In this document: positions 10,005 through 20,314 of the stretch, in pieces
How the letters are laid out: every line of letters begins with the position of its first letter
How positions within the stretch are numbered: the first letter of the stretch is position 1
From: Deltaproteobacteria bacterium HGW-Deltaproteobacteria-22
GTDB taxonomy: Bacteria > Myxococcota_A > Polyangia > HGW-17
Direction of reading: 5' to 3'
Length of the DNA: 64,000 nucleotides
NCBI GenBank assembly: GCA_002841825.1
Contig: PHAZ01000001.1
Span: forward strand, 3,107-67,106
Position numbers and translations under genes: made by a program
Notes under the pieces: model-generated
Seen by the model: only the letters and a program-made list of their open reading frames with translations
Databases searched by the model: none
Told to the model about the DNA's origin: nothing

Positions 10005-13000
10005 TATTCCCCACCAAGCAAAAGCAGAAGGCGCAAGGCTTCGTCCTTCATGGGTCCGTCAGGCACCAGGGTGGCATACTTCTTCACGTACTTGATGGCC
10101 ATCTGCCGGTTGCCGGTTTCCTTGTACGCGCCGCCGAGCAGCCGGCAGGTCTCCGCCAGCATGGATTCGACGGTTTCCGTCTGCCAGTGCGCAGCCTCTT
10201 CCGGAATTATTTGATCCTGCAATACTTTTTCAAGCTCCTCTGCCACGAACTGGAGATGCGGAATCGCCGGCCGCAGAGTACCGTTGGCCAACAGGGTCTT
10301 GCCAAGCAGATAGCGCGCCAGAATATTTTTATTATTCGCTTTGACCGCTTTGGCAAAGGAGGTCTCGGCTTCCCGTTTCTGGCGCAGCGAAACGTGGCAT
10401 CGGCCTTCCAGTATATACCGCTGAACCTCCTCAATTCCGGAGTCTTTGGTTTTTTCCAGCAGGTTCAGGGCTTCCTTCGGGTTGTTCTGGGTGGCCAGGA
10501 TCTGGGCTTTCTTAAAAAGAAATGGACCATAATCAGGGCTCTTCCTCAGTCCGGCGTCCATCGCCGCCAGCGCCATGTGCGGGCGCTTCAGCCGGCTCTC
10601 GAGCTCGGACCACCGCATGAACCATCCATGCACGGGCTGATTCATGGCCTGCACTGCCTGAACGATGGTCTTCTCGCCTGATTCGGGCTGACCGCTCTCC
10701 AGTTGAATGAAGCCGATCAGGAACAGGGCTTCGGCGTCCTGTGGATTGGCCTTGATGGCTTTCTCCGCAAAAAACCGGGAGCGCATCAGACGATCCTTTC
10801 TCGTCCCCGACAGGTACAACTGTGCAGCAACCTTGTAGAACAGCGGTTCACGGAAGATTTCCTGGTACTTGTCGAGAATCTGGTGAGCTTCCTGCACTTT
10901 TCCAGCCAACCCCAGGATAGCCACCAGCGCCGCGGCTGATCGTGCCCCTGGAGAAACCCGCTGGAGTTGGGAATCCGCCCAGATCACGGCCTGATTATCT
11001 TTGGAATCCATCATGCGTGCCATCATCACGAGCCCGTCGATCTCCAGCATTGTTGAGCCCTTGATTTTCAGGCTTTCACCGGCCTGGATCATTTTTTTCC
11101 AGTCCTGCGCCTGCAGGGCCTGGACCAGGGTGAGTATCCCCAGAAAATCCTTCACCAACTGGGTCTCGTCTTTTTTATCAGCCACCCAAGCCAACACAGC
11201 CGTCTCCACCTGTCCAGCCAGGTCCGGGCGTTGCCAGACTCCGGTCCACAGATACTCCAGCGTCCTGGGGAGATCAGCCGTCAGGCCGGCCTGAATGGCT
11301 GCCTGAACATCCTCGGTTTCGGCCCCGGACAGCATCAGGATCAACGGTGCCAGCACCAGGCTCCCGGCTGGATCCTGTTTCTTCAAATCCTCCCAGGCAC
11401 TCAAAGCAGGATTTTTCCGGCCTTCGATGATCCATGCCAGAATCGTCGGGGCTTCCTGATTGAGGTTGACCGTCGTTGAAAATTTCCCTAATTGTCCATG
11501 GAACAAGCGCATCCGGCTGCACAGGCGCCAAACCGTACGGTCCTGCTCATCCTCGGCGATGGCCTTGTCACACAGGGAATTGGCTGCGTCGAGTTGACCA
11601 CCCTCCCAGGCAGCGAGCGATGAAAAGGCAAAATTGATGGCCCGGAATCGCCGTCCGATCTTTTCAAGCACCGCGGGTTCCGGAACCGGTATCCGCGGGA
11701 ACTCTCCGGGAAATGCCAGGAAAGTGAACGAGTCCTGGTTCTTTTCATCATACTGAAAGCCTTTCAGTAGCGAGTTCCAGATCGCATTTTCCGGCTTCTC
11801 GCTCAAGGCGGAGATGGCCGATTCGTCCCCGAGCCGCGCGAGGAACCAGGTCACTCCGAACGAGGGTGTCGTCTCCGTGTTGTTCACCAACTGAAAAGCC
11901 TCCCTGGCTTTTTTGGGGGCCTTTTTCACCATCTGTAACACACCACCGAGGAAGTTCCACACCGGGGCACGGTTGTTCTGGCTGCGCGAAGCCGAGAGAA
12001 TTTCTTCCATGACCTTGACCGGATCCGTCATTGTTCCGGTGAAGAAACGTTCCATCTGGGTCTGTCTTGGATTCTGGGTCAGCAAGAGTGCTCGGAAAAA
12101 CTGGAAGCGCCTCGTCTCGTTGTCACCGGTGGAGTTGATGGGGGTCTGCAGAAACTTCTTGCACGACTCCAGCGGCTCGAACTCATGGTAGAACCAGGCC
12201 AGTATCAACGCGGATTCACAATGAATCATCGCATCACCGCGTGACGAAGCCAGCAGTTTTGGATAATCCAGGTTCAGGATGTTCTTCTCGTGTTCGGAAA
12301 TGACCGCCGCCGTTGGTTTGGGCGAGGTCGGCATGGTGTGCCTTTCTTTCGTGGAGCCTGATTTTCCCGAGAAAGGACCGATCCTGAACTGATATGCCGC
12401 GGCCAACGCGAGCAGCAGGACCAGCGGAATCAGCATGAGGACCCTTCGGTTTCCCGAATCCGACCGTTTTTGCGAGGGTCTGTCCGGGCGCCTGTCCGTC
12501 ATCGGCTCATCGTCGAGGGTCAATGGAATCGTCTCTTCGTCCGATACCGACTGCGACGCCGCCACGGCTCCCGGATCGTGATCCACATGATGATCAAGGT
12601 CCAGTCCGCTCCGGCTCTTCTCAGCAGAACCCTTCTGGTTCAGTATCGAGAGATCCAGGTGATCCGAACTCTCAAAGAGACTGGGCGGCATCTCCAGTTT
12701 TTTCGAACCGACGGTTCCGTGGGAGTCGCCATTGATTTCCAGCGGTTTCATGCCCCCTGGATTGAGGTCCATCCTGATCTCGGGAACAAGTCCTCCCCCC
12801 AGCGGCGGAAGGGAAAACTCACGATTCTTGTCCTGGTCTTCATCCTCGGCGGCGGATCGGGACAAGGCATCCGATAGGCTTAACGACAGATCCCTGCGAT
12901 CCCCTGGCATGGATCCGGTGGAGCCGGGGAGGTTCGCAGGTTGTCCGGGTAGTTCTGACTTCGAACCGGGGAGGTTCGCCGGTTGTCCCGGCAGCTCTGA

Positions 13001-13723
13001 CTTCGAACCGGGGAGGTTCGCCGGTTGTCCCGGCAGTTCTGACTTCGAACCGGGCAGGTTGGTAGGTTGTCCCGGTAATTCTGACTTCGAAACGGGCAGG
13101 TTGGTTACCTGTGCTGGAAAGTCCCTTTTTACATCCGGCAAGTCCATGATTCCCGGCGAGAGATCGGTCTTCAGCCCTGGAAGAGCTGCATTGGATGAGC
13201 CTGCGACAGGAGCCTTGATAGAGATCCCGTCACGCAGCGCTGGCAGATCAACACCAGGTTCGCCATGCTGCATTTTCAGGGCTGGAAGATCGTGCTGCGG
13301 AGCAGGTTGCTTGTAGTCAGGCAGATCTGATTTCAAGCCCACCGGATTCATCTTCAGGGCTGGAAGTTCACTCTCTCCCATGGATTTGTGTCCCGGAAGA
13401 TCAACCGATGATGTCGAATCCGGCAATTTCTGTCCCCCCGAAAGAAGCGCTGAAAATTCCTGGACGGACGTGACAGGTATCCAGTTCTCACGATCGTCTG
13501 ATATAAACTCGCTGGCCTCCAGTTTTCCTGAAGATACAAGGGAGACCACCTTTGCTTTGGGAAAAGGACCGAAGACCTTTTCATTTTTTCTCTTCACATA
13601 AATCGTTTGCACGTCATCAAGGGTATAATGCGCCTCGTTCTCCTCGGGGGTGTGGTAGCAAAGCGGACATTGCTTTCCATTGTCGAGAAGGATTGCCTGG
13701 CATTTTGAACAGCGTTTTTTCAT
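10004..13723 (-). CDS. Large membrane-anchored TPR-repeat protein with N-terminal zinc ribbon and tandem Pro-rich repeats
   Basis: N-terminus MKKRCSKCQAILLDNGKQCPLCYH (CxxC...CxxC). A (NLPGSKSELPGQPA)n 14-aa repeat, a single TM helix (VLMLIPLVLLLALAAAY), then about 750 aa of TPR-like helical repeats. Confidence 0.7.
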   Translation of the reverse strand: MKKRCSKCQAILLDNGKQCPLCYHTPEENEAHYTLDDVQTIYVKRKNEKVFGPFPKAKVVSLVSSGKLEASEFISDDRENWIPVTSVQEFSALLSGGQKLPDSTSSVDLPGHKSMGESELPALKMNPVGLKSDLPDYKQPAPQHDLPALKMQHGEPGVDLPALRDGISIKAPVAGSSNAALPGLKTDLSPGIMDLPDVKRDFPAQVTNLPVSKSELPGQPTNLPGSKSELPGQPANLPGSKSELPGQPANLPGSKSELPGQPANLPGSTGSMPGDRRDLSLSLSDALSRSAAEDEDQDKNREFSLPPLGGGLVPEIRMDLNPGGMKPLEINGDSHGTVGSKKLEMPPSLFESSDHLDLSILNQKGSAEKSRSGLDLDHHVDHDPGAVAASQSVSDEETIPLTLDDEPMTDRRPDRPSQKRSDSGNRRVLMLIPLVLLLALAAAYQFRIGPFSGKSGSTKERHTMPTSPKPTAAVISEHEKNILNLDYPKLLASSRGDAMIHCESALILAWFYHEFEPLESCKKFLQTPINSTGDNETRRFQFFRALLLTQNPRQTQMERFFTGTMTDPVKVMEEILSASRSQNNRAPVWNFLGGVLQMVKKAPKKAREAFQLVNNTETTPSFGVTWFLARLGDESAISALSEKPENAIWNSLLKGFQYDEKNQDSFTFLAFPGEFPRIPVPEPAVLEKIGRRFRAINFAFSSLAAWEGGQLDAANSLCDKAIAEDEQDRTVWRLCSRMRLFHGQLGKFSTTVNLNQEAPTILAWIIEGRKNPALSAWEDLKKQDPAGSLVLAPLILMLSGAETEDVQAAIQAGLTADLPRTLEYLWTGVWQRPDLAGQVETAVLAWVADKKDETQLVKDFLGILTLVQALQAQDWKKMIQAGESLKIKGSTMLEIDGLVMMARMMDSKDNQAVIWADSQLQRVSPGARSAAALVAILGLAGKVQEAHQILDKYQEIFREPLFYKVAAQLYLSGTRKDRLMRSRFFAEKAIKANPQDAEALFLIGFIQLESGQPESGEKTIVQAVQAMNQPVHGWFMRWSELESRLKRPHMALAAMDAGLRKSPDYGPFLFKKAQILATQNNPKEALNLLEKTKDSGIEEVQRYILEGRCHVSLRQKREAETSFAKAVKANNKNILARYLLGKTLLANGTLRPAIPHLQFVAEELEKVLQDQIIPEEAAHWQTETVESMLAETCRLLGGAYKETGNRQMAIKYVKKYATLVPDGPMKDEALRLLLLLGGE
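12900..13110. repeat. Tandem 42-bp repeat (about 5 copies) encoding LPGQPANLPGSKSE units inside the TPR protein gene
   Basis: gacttcgaa recurs at 12957, 12999, 13041 and 13083 (period 42 bp); copies are near-identical. Confidence 0.85.
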
Positions 13724-13775
13724 GGATACTCCTCAGACGGAAAAAATCGTAAAATTGTAAACCTGCGGACGCTCC

Positions 13776-13909
13776 CTGTCGACAAAAAAACTGTGGTAGC
13801 AACTCCCAACATAGGCTGAAGTGAAAATTGTCTACAAAATCATCGTGTCACAAGGACCCTGTCGATAAAAGTAGCCTGAAGAATAGGCAAAATCGAACCC
13901 CTGTAGACA
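13776..13909. promoter_or_regulatory. Cluster of DnaA-box-like 9-mers in the divergent intergenic region upstream of dnaN
   Basis: TGTCGACAA (13776-13784), TTGTCTACA (13827-13835), TGTCGATAA (13859-13867, 8/9 to TGTGGATAA), TGTAGACAC (13901-13909). The pair CCCTGTCGAYAAAA occurs twice. AT-rich context. Confidence 0.35.
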
Positions 13910-14013
13910 CATGAGACCACGTGATCTTCTGTTTTGTCTTTCAAAGTTTAGGTAAAAGTCCGATTGATTTCCGAAAGGAAAAGGGATACTTTTTCCATCC
14001 GTGAGGGGTGCAA

Positions 14014-15126
14014 ATGAAAATCACGTTGAACAAATCCACTTTTCTGAACGGACTGTTCCTTGCCCAGAAAATTTCGGAAGGAAACGCCAGCATTCAGCCA
14101 ATCCTTTCAAACATTCAGATCACGGCCAATCCTGATGGAAAAATCTTCTGCAGGGCGACGGATATGAGCACATCCGTCACCAGCGAATTTCAGGCCGAAG
14201 TTTTTCAGCAAGGCACTGCTACTGTCAATGGCAAACTGCTGTATCAACTGGTGTCAAACCTTGCAGGCAAGGAAGTCACGCTTGAGAAGAAAGAAAATGC
14301 CATTTTTCTTACCAGTCACAAGAGTCGCTTCGAGCTCAACGGGCTACGCGATGAAGACTTCCCCAACTTCAATTTTTATGAGGATTCAGCCTATGTAGGT
14401 TTTGAATCAGAGATCCTTCGTGAATTGCTGGATCACACACTGTTCGCCGTAGCAACCGACGAGACAAAGCCGCACCTTGGCGGTATTTACCTTGTCACGG
14501 AAAAGAACATTGCCAAATCAGTGGCCACGGATGGACACAAGCTTGCCCTCGCAGAGTATCCGTTTGAAGGGAAATTCAACATTCCCAACGGCATCATCAT
14601 TCCGAGGAAGGGAGTCAACGACATCATGAAAATGCTGTCTGATGATTCCGCCAACGTAGGCCTTTTCTATGACAAGGAATTGAAAATTCTTGGGCTGAAA
14701 ACGGATAGCACCAAGATGAACATCAAGTTGATTGATTCCAAATTTCCTCCCTATGAACAGGTTATTCCACAGTACCAGGACAATAAATTGGTCATTCCGA
14801 AGGAGGAGTTTCTTGGTGCATTAAAGAGAATTAACTTGCTTTTTGAAGGAAGTGATGCTGGTGTAATATTAAAAATACAAAAGGACGGCATCGTTTTGAC
14901 GGGAATTGATACCCTGAAGGGCAAGGGAACTGAAGAAATAGAAGTTGATTATACAGGCGAGAAAATGCAAATTGCCTTTAATATCAAATTCTTTGACACC
15001 ATCGTCAACAAAATTCAAGGCAAAGAATTCAGCATTTTCCTTCATAATCCAAAGAGCCCTGCGCTGATCAAACCTATCGAAACCAGCAATTTCATTGCCG
15101 TTTTGATGCCCATCCGTCTCGACTGA
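14014..15126 (+). CDS. dnaN: DNA polymerase III beta sliding clamp DnaN
   Basis: MKITLNKSTFLNGL... three-domain beta-clamp-like sequence, about 370 aa. GAGGGG Shine-Dalgarno 5 nt upstream. Followed by recF. Confidence 0.85.
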   Translation: MKITLNKSTFLNGLFLAQKISEGNASIQPILSNIQITANPDGKIFCRATDMSTSVTSEFQAEVFQQGTATVNGKLLYQLVSNLAGKEVTLEKKENAIFLTSHKSRFELNGLRDEDFPNFNFYEDSAYVGFESEILRELLDHTLFAVATDETKPHLGGIYLVTEKNIAKSVATDGHKLALAEYPFEGKFNIPNGIIIPRKGVNDIMKMLSDDSANVGLFYDKELKILGLKTDSTKMNIKLIDSKFPPYEQVIPQYQDNKLVIPKEEFLGALKRINLLFEGSDAGVILKIQKDGIVLTGIDTLKGKGTEEIEVDYTGEKMQIAFNIKFFDTIVNKIQGKEFSIFLHNPKSPALIKPIETSNFIAVLMPIRLD

Positions 15127-15133
15127 TTCCAGA

Positions 15134-16171
15134 ATGGTCCTGGAAAAAATTCATCTTCAGAACTTCCGAAATTTCCACGAAGAGACCATAGTACTTCCGG
15201 CGCAACGTGTTCTTCGCATTTTTGGACAAAATGGGGCGGGAAAAACCAATCTGTTGGAAGCCATCTTCATTTTGTATACAACTCGAAGTTTTCGTAACAG
15301 GAAAACATTGAAGGACTGTATCCAATACGGCGAGAAGTTCTTTCATATTGCAGCTGAAATCCAGGGAATACGGCATGGTATTACCTTCTCCGGTGAGCAG
15401 ATGGAAAAGAGCATTTTCATGGCTCAGCAGAAGGTCAAGGCAGTTGACTTCATCCAAGACAAAAGCATTCTTCATTTTTCACCGGAAGAAAGCCATCAAT
15501 TTTTTCTGAGTCAGGAATATCGAAGAACGCTTCTCGATCGCTATATTTCTGCCCTGGATGCCAATCATTTGGGGAATTTGCTGAAATATAATCATTTTCG
15601 CAGCAAAAAAGTGCAAATTCTCTTCTCCAATACGGCCCAAAAAGGTAGCCTTTTGGCCCTCGAAACCCCACTTTTTCTACACTTGAGTGACATCATTTCA
15701 TCGACGAGAAATGCATTTCTGGATGCGCTGAATCCCTTCTTTCATCATTTCATTCAGATTTTCAATCCAAAGTTGGGTCAATCAACCCTCCTCTATCGAA
15801 AAAAGAAAATTCCTGATGATTTCGTTGAAAAGGAGATACTCGCCCAAAGGGTGCTCTATGGATGTCATCGGGATGAAATGGATATTCTTGAAAGAGGAAA
15901 AGAGATCCGGCAATTTTTCAGTAATGGTGAAAAGAAGGCCATCAATCTGGCTTTCCATTTTGCCTTCATGGAATATCTCAAGGAAAAGTCGACGCAAGAT
16001 TGTCTCGTTTGTCTTGACGATATTGAATCTGAGCTGGATCAGAATACCTTGAAAAATATCTATGGAATGATTGAGAAGACTTCTTCACAGTTTATTATTA
16101 CCAGCAAATCGAATGAACGATCTGGAAAAACTGATATTGAATTGCTTGAAGGAAAATTTCAACACGCATAG
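15134..16171 (+). CDS. recF: DNA replication and repair protein RecF
   Basis: N-terminal LxLxNFRNF. Walker A GQNGAGKTNLLEAI. C-terminal signature/D-loop region. Immediately downstream of dnaN. Confidence 0.85.
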   Translation: MVLEKIHLQNFRNFHEETIVLPAQRVLRIFGQNGAGKTNLLEAIFILYTTRSFRNRKTLKDCIQYGEKFFHIAAEIQGIRHGITFSGEQMEKSIFMAQQKVKAVDFIQDKSILHFSPEESHQFFLSQEYRRTLLDRYISALDANHLGNLLKYNHFRSKKVQILFSNTAQKGSLLALETPLFLHLSDIISSTRNAFLDALNPFFHHFIQIFNPKLGQSTLLYRKKKIPDDFVEKEILAQRVLYGCHRDEMDILERGKEIRQFFSNGEKKAINLAFHFAFMEYLKEKSTQDCLVCLDDIESELDQNTLKNIYGMIEKTSSQFIITSKSNERSGKTDIELLEGKFQHA

Positions 16172-16208
16172 ATTTATTTTTAAATCAGGAAAATCATAAG
16201 AGGCGGGA

Positions 16209-16766
16209 TTACTTGGAAGGAGTAGGAAGCACTTTCACTGGTGTATCTGTCTTATCAGGGTGAAAATCCAGAATCAGCAGATAGTAATTTTGAAAAGTCA
16301 TATGAGTAATCTCGGGTTTTGGCGTGTTATTGCCATTCTTGTAGAGAAAATCAATGATCAGTTTCGTTCCTTTATCATCTCGGAAGAATGACACCTTTTC
16401 GATAGGAGTTTGAAAGAAGCGCGTGATCAGATCTCGCCAGGCATGTTTTTGCCAAGCCGAACAGGCAGGCGCAAGAAGGCGGAGGATTTTTGTATTCCCT
16501 TCGGAAAGATCCTGGCTCTGCAGTTGAAATGGAGAAGAGAATAGAAAGAAGAAGCGTGATCCACCAGGTGATGGCTTTAGTTGAAATCCTGGCCAAAGCA
16601 ATACGCATTTTCCGCCTGCAGGAGGGATTTCTTTGGGAAGTTCAGGTTTGGGTGGAGCTACCCCTGCATATTTCAACACGGGAACATTCTGGGGCTTGGG
16701 TTGAGTAACCACAGGATTGGCACCAAAGAGGAAAACACCCGAAAAGAGAAGAATTGGAATGAACAT
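16209..16766 (-). CDS. Hypothetical secreted protein (signal peptide, Pro-rich N-terminal region)
   Basis: ORF with N-terminal hydrophobic signal MFIPILLFSGVFLFGANP. No recognisable domain. Confidence 0.4.
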   Translation of the reverse strand: MFIPILLFSGVFLFGANPVVTQPKPQNVPVLKYAGVAPPKPELPKEIPPAGGKCVLLWPGFQLKPSPGGSRFFFLFSSPFQLQSQDLSEGNTKILRLLAPACSAWQKHAWRDLITRFFQTPIEKVSFFRDDKGTKLIIDFLYKNGNNTPKPEITHMTFQNYYLLILDFHPDKTDTPVKVLPTPSK

Positions 16767-16892
16767 ATGGATATGACCTCATTCAGGTCTGGACACCTGA
16801 TGAATGCTAGAGTTGAAACAGAAGATAACCCGGTCAACCACAGTTGACAAATTTGCAGCAAAAACACCAGAAGCCACGGACTCGGAACTTGT

Positions 16893-16910
16893 ATGTTTCA
16901 CGTGAAACAT
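16893..16910. promoter_or_regulatory. Perfect 18-bp palindrome ATGTTTCACGTGAAACAT (CACGTG core)
   Basis: Exact reverse-complement symmetry. Located 8 nt downstream of the ABC transporter stop and about 125 nt upstream of the start of the divergent... no, co-directional hypothetical gene 16766. A candidate hairpin terminator or dimeric-regulator operator. Confidence 0.4.
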
Positions 16911-16917
16911 GTAGGGA

Positions 16918-18504
16918 TTATACCTGTCTTTCTGAGGGGGAAAGATGGATCACTTGATCACAAATAGAAAGAAATGCATCGCTGTGTGAAAATAGAACAA
17001 CAATGGCATTGGACTGCTTGAGTTGAAGAATTCTATCCTTGAGAACCTTCTGCATGTCAACGTCGAGAGCGTTCTCAGGTTCATCAATGAGGAGAACCTG
17101 TTGTCCGGAACGAAAGGCTCGCTCAAGGCTGATGCTTTTGCGCTGTCCAGAAGAGAGCGTTTCCGGTGAAAGGTATGGTGCTTGAGGTGAACCATGGAGG
17201 AAGGACAGGAAAGGGGAAGCGTCCTTTGTGGCAGAGAAAGAAGGTGATTTATCGAGAAAAAGATTTTCTTCCAGTTGGAGGGTAAATACGGTGCCGTTCT
17301 GATCAACCAGGGCCACAGGCCCGATGGGTCCCGAAACCCCGTCATAAAGGATCTGCCCGGATGAGGGTTTCAGGACACCGGCAAGTAAAAGAGCGAGGGT
17401 CGTTTTTCCGGAACCATTGGAGCCGCGCACACCGCTGATGGAGCCGGCGCCGAAACTTTGATTGATATGATCTAAAAGGATTTTTCCGTTATCCTGATAG
17501 GAAAAAGACAGATCCTTGAGGACAATGGAATGAATGAATGCAGGTGCCTTTGCAGTTTCGGAAGCGGGGAGATCCAGCAGGATCAATTCAATGTGCTTCA
17601 TATCCCGAACGCTGAGAAAGAGAGAAATATCCTGGGAAAGTCCACTCAGGGGTGCATGGAGAAGGGATAACCCGGCAAGGAAGGAGAAAAACTTGCCCTG
17701 GGATAACGTTCCTTCCTGTACCATGGTGGTTCCGGCGGTATAGACAACTACCAGCGTGATAAGGAACAGCAGGATCTGCGCCGGATGAAAGATCATACGA
17801 AGGCGCGAAAGACGAATGGAACTGGCGGTATAGCGTCCAAGAAGTCGATCGTGAATGGATGAAAAGAACGATCCACGGTGAAAGGCTCGGATCAGAGGCA
17901 TCGCACGGGCGGCTTCAAGTTCGAAATTCGAGCAGGAAGATTGTTCCAGGATGGCCTGCTCCTGGAGGCGGTTGATGTGCCGTCCAAAGAGATATCCAAG
18001 CAGGAAGACAGAGAGAAAGAGGATTCCACAAAAAAGAAACAGGATCGGGGAAATCCATAACAAGGCGATGGAGAAGGCCCCGATCTGCAGGATTTTTCTC
18101 AAGGTGCTGCGCAGCATCGAGAAGATGGATTCACCTAGCCAGTGAACCTCCATGTGCACTTCGTTCCAGTCAATCTGGCTGTTGGCCTGGGATTTTTCAG
18201 AGAAAATAAGAAAGTCCTGGAGGCACTTTCTACGGGTGGACTGCATCCACCGCTGACTGATGCCGGTCAGAATCCAGTCGTCGAAGACGGAAAACAGGTG
18301 ATGGATCGAGAACAACAGGATCAGAAACACGGGGACGTGATCGAGGCGGAAACGGGAGGTCAGAAAAATCAGTCCGAAGCCCAGGCCTGTATGCAGCGAG
18401 ATCAAAAAAAGGGAAACGAGCAGTTGAGAACGATAAGGTCCCAGGGATTGCAAAATGAGGGAAAAGGTGTGGGTCAACGGCATGGAGGCGGTACCATCAT
18501 TCAA
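16918..18504 (-). CDS. ABC transporter, fused permease/ATP-binding protein (exporter type)
   Basis: N-terminal multi-TM domain. Walker A GSNGSGKTTL. ABC signature LSSGQRKSISL. Walker B LLIDEPENALD. Confidence 0.8.
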   Translation of the reverse strand: MNDGTASMPLTHTFSLILQSLGPYRSQLLVSLFLISLHTGLGFGLIFLTSRFRLDHVPVFLILLFSIHHLFSVFDDWILTGISQRWMQSTRRKCLQDFLIFSEKSQANSQIDWNEVHMEVHWLGESIFSMLRSTLRKILQIGAFSIALLWISPILFLFCGILFLSVFLLGYLFGRHINRLQEQAILEQSSCSNFELEAARAMPLIRAFHRGSFFSSIHDRLLGRYTASSIRLSRLRMIFHPAQILLFLITLVVVYTAGTTMVQEGTLSQGKFFSFLAGLSLLHAPLSGLSQDISLFLSVRDMKHIELILLDLPASETAKAPAFIHSIVLKDLSFSYQDNGKILLDHINQSFGAGSISGVRGSNGSGKTTLALLLAGVLKPSSGQILYDGVSGPIGPVALVDQNGTVFTLQLEENLFLDKSPSFSATKDASPFLSFLHGSPQAPYLSPETLSSGQRKSISLERAFRSGQQVLLIDEPENALDVDMQKVLKDRILQLKQSNAIVVLFSHSDAFLSICDQVIHLSPSERQV

Positions 18505-20314
18505 CGGTGACGGACTTGGCGAGATTGCGCGGCTGATCCACGTCGGTGCCCTTGAAGTCGGCGATATGATAGGCCAGAAGTTGAAGAGGTAGAATGCATA
18601 GAATGGGCTGAATCATCTCGTGAATCTGGGAAGGAATCAGCGCAAGATCGTTGACCATGGTGCCGATGTGATGATCCGAGGAGCTGGCGACGGCCAAAAC
18701 CTTGGCATTGCGGGAGAGCACCTCCTCGAGGTTGCTCATGATCTTCTCGTACTGTGCATTCTGAACCGCAAGGACCACGGTGGGGAGATCCTCGTCGATG
18801 AGCGCGATGGGACCGTGTTTCATCTCCCCGGCGGGATAGCCTTCTGCGTGGATGTAACTGATTTCCTTGAGTTTTAATGCGCCTTCGAGGGCGATCGGGT
18901 ACAGGTTTCCGCGACCCAGATAGAGAAAATGCGTGGCGTGGGCGTACCGACGGGCCATCACCTGGATCTGCGGCGCCTGATTGAGGATGTGGTGCATCTG
19001 ACTGGGGCAATCAAAGAGCGCGTCAATCCATTCGGAGACCACTTCGGTGAGCCCTTTCCGTTGGGCGAAATACAGGGAGAGAATGGAAAGCGCGACCAGT
19101 TGCGTGGTGAAGGCCTTGGTAGAGGCGACGCCGATCTCAGGACCCGCGATGGTCTCGATGGTGGCATCGGAGACCTGCTGGATCTGGGAATGAACGGAGT
19201 TGGTGATCGCGAGGATCCGGGCCCCCTTGTGTTTGGCGATGGAGATGGCAGCGAGCGTGTCGGCGGTCTCGCCGGACTGGGAAATGGCGATGACCAGATG
19301 CCTGGAATCGACCAGAGGATCCCGGTAACGGAACTCGGAGGCGACCTCGACCTCGACAGGGATCCGGGCGGCCTGTTCCAGGTAAAATTTCCCGATCAGC
19401 CCGGCATAATAACTGGTGCCGCAGGCCACGATGAAGATTTTTTCAGGGATCGGGAAGTCCGACGGGATCCCGGGGATGTTGACCGTGTAGTCGTCGTGGT
19501 GGAGGTACGCCGTGATGGTGTTGTAGACGGCGCGCGGCTGCTCGAAGATCTCCTTGAGCATGTAATGCTTGTAGCCTTCCTTTTCGGCCATCATCGGATT
19601 GTAGGCGAAGGTCTTGAAGGAGCGCGTAACAACTTGAAGGTCGCTGGAATAGAGTTTGAGTTCGTCACAGGTGATCTCGGCCAGTTCGTGATCCTGGAGC
19701 GGCAGGATCTTCTGGGTGAATGGCAGCAGAGCCGGGACATCGGAGGCGACCAGATGGAAGCGATGGCCCACGCCGATGAACAACGGGCTGCCCTTGCGTG
19801 CGAGCCAGATCTGCTTTTCATATCCCTGGATCAGGATCGCCAGGGCCCACGTACCCTTGCATTGGGAAAGGGCTTTGGAAACGGCTTCCAGAGGTGCGAG
19901 CCCGGACTTGAGCGCGCCCGAGATCAGGTGGCTGACCACTTCTGTATCAGTCTGGCTTGTAAAAATATGCCCTTGTGCGGTCAACTTACCCTTCAGTTCG
20001 GCATAGTTCTCGATGATGCCGTTGTGGATGACGGCGACCCCCTCGTAGAAGTGCGGATGGGAGTTGGTCCTGGATGGTTTGCCGTGGGTGGCCCACCGCG
20101 TATGACCGATGCCGGTGGTGCTCGACGCCGGTGTGGTCTTCAGCAGCTCGGCCAGGCGGGAGAGTTTGCCGACCTCCTTGACGATGGAGATCTTCTGGTT
20201 CTCGAAGAACGCGATTCCGGAACTGTCATAGCCCCGGTATTCCAGTTTCTGAAGACCCTCCATGAGCATGGGGATGACATTGTCGATTCCTGTTGCCGCA
20301 ACGATTCCACACAT
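18497..20314 (-). CDS. glmS: Glutamine--fructose-6-phosphate aminotransferase GlmS
   Basis: N-terminal MCGIVA (Cys2 nucleophile). Two SIS domains. C-terminal ...KSVTVE. 605 aa. Confidence 0.95.
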   Translation of the reverse strand: MCGIVAATGIDNVIPMLMEGLQKLEYRGYDSSGIAFFENQKISIVKEVGKLSRLAELLKTTPASSTTGIGHTRWATHGKPSRTNSHPHFYEGVAVIHNGIIENYAELKGKLTAQGHIFTSQTDTEVVSHLISGALKSGLAPLEAVSKALSQCKGTWALAILIQGYEKQIWLARKGSPLFIGVGHRFHLVASDVPALLPFTQKILPLQDHELAEITCDELKLYSSDLQVVTRSFKTFAYNPMMAEKEGYKHYMLKEIFEQPRAVYNTITAYLHHDDYTVNIPGIPSDFPIPEKIFIVACGTSYYAGLIGKFYLEQAARIPVEVEVASEFRYRDPLVDSRHLVIAISQSGETADTLAAISIAKHKGARILAITNSVHSQIQQVSDATIETIAGPEIGVASTKAFTTQLVALSILSLYFAQRKGLTEVVSEWIDALFDCPSQMHHILNQAPQIQVMARRYAHATHFLYLGRGNLYPIALEGALKLKEISYIHAEGYPAGEMKHGPIALIDEDLPTVVLAVQNAQYEKIMSNLEEVLSRNAKVLAVASSSDHHIGTMVNDLALIPSQIHEMIQPILCILPLQLLAYHIADFKGTDVDQPRNLAKSVTVE

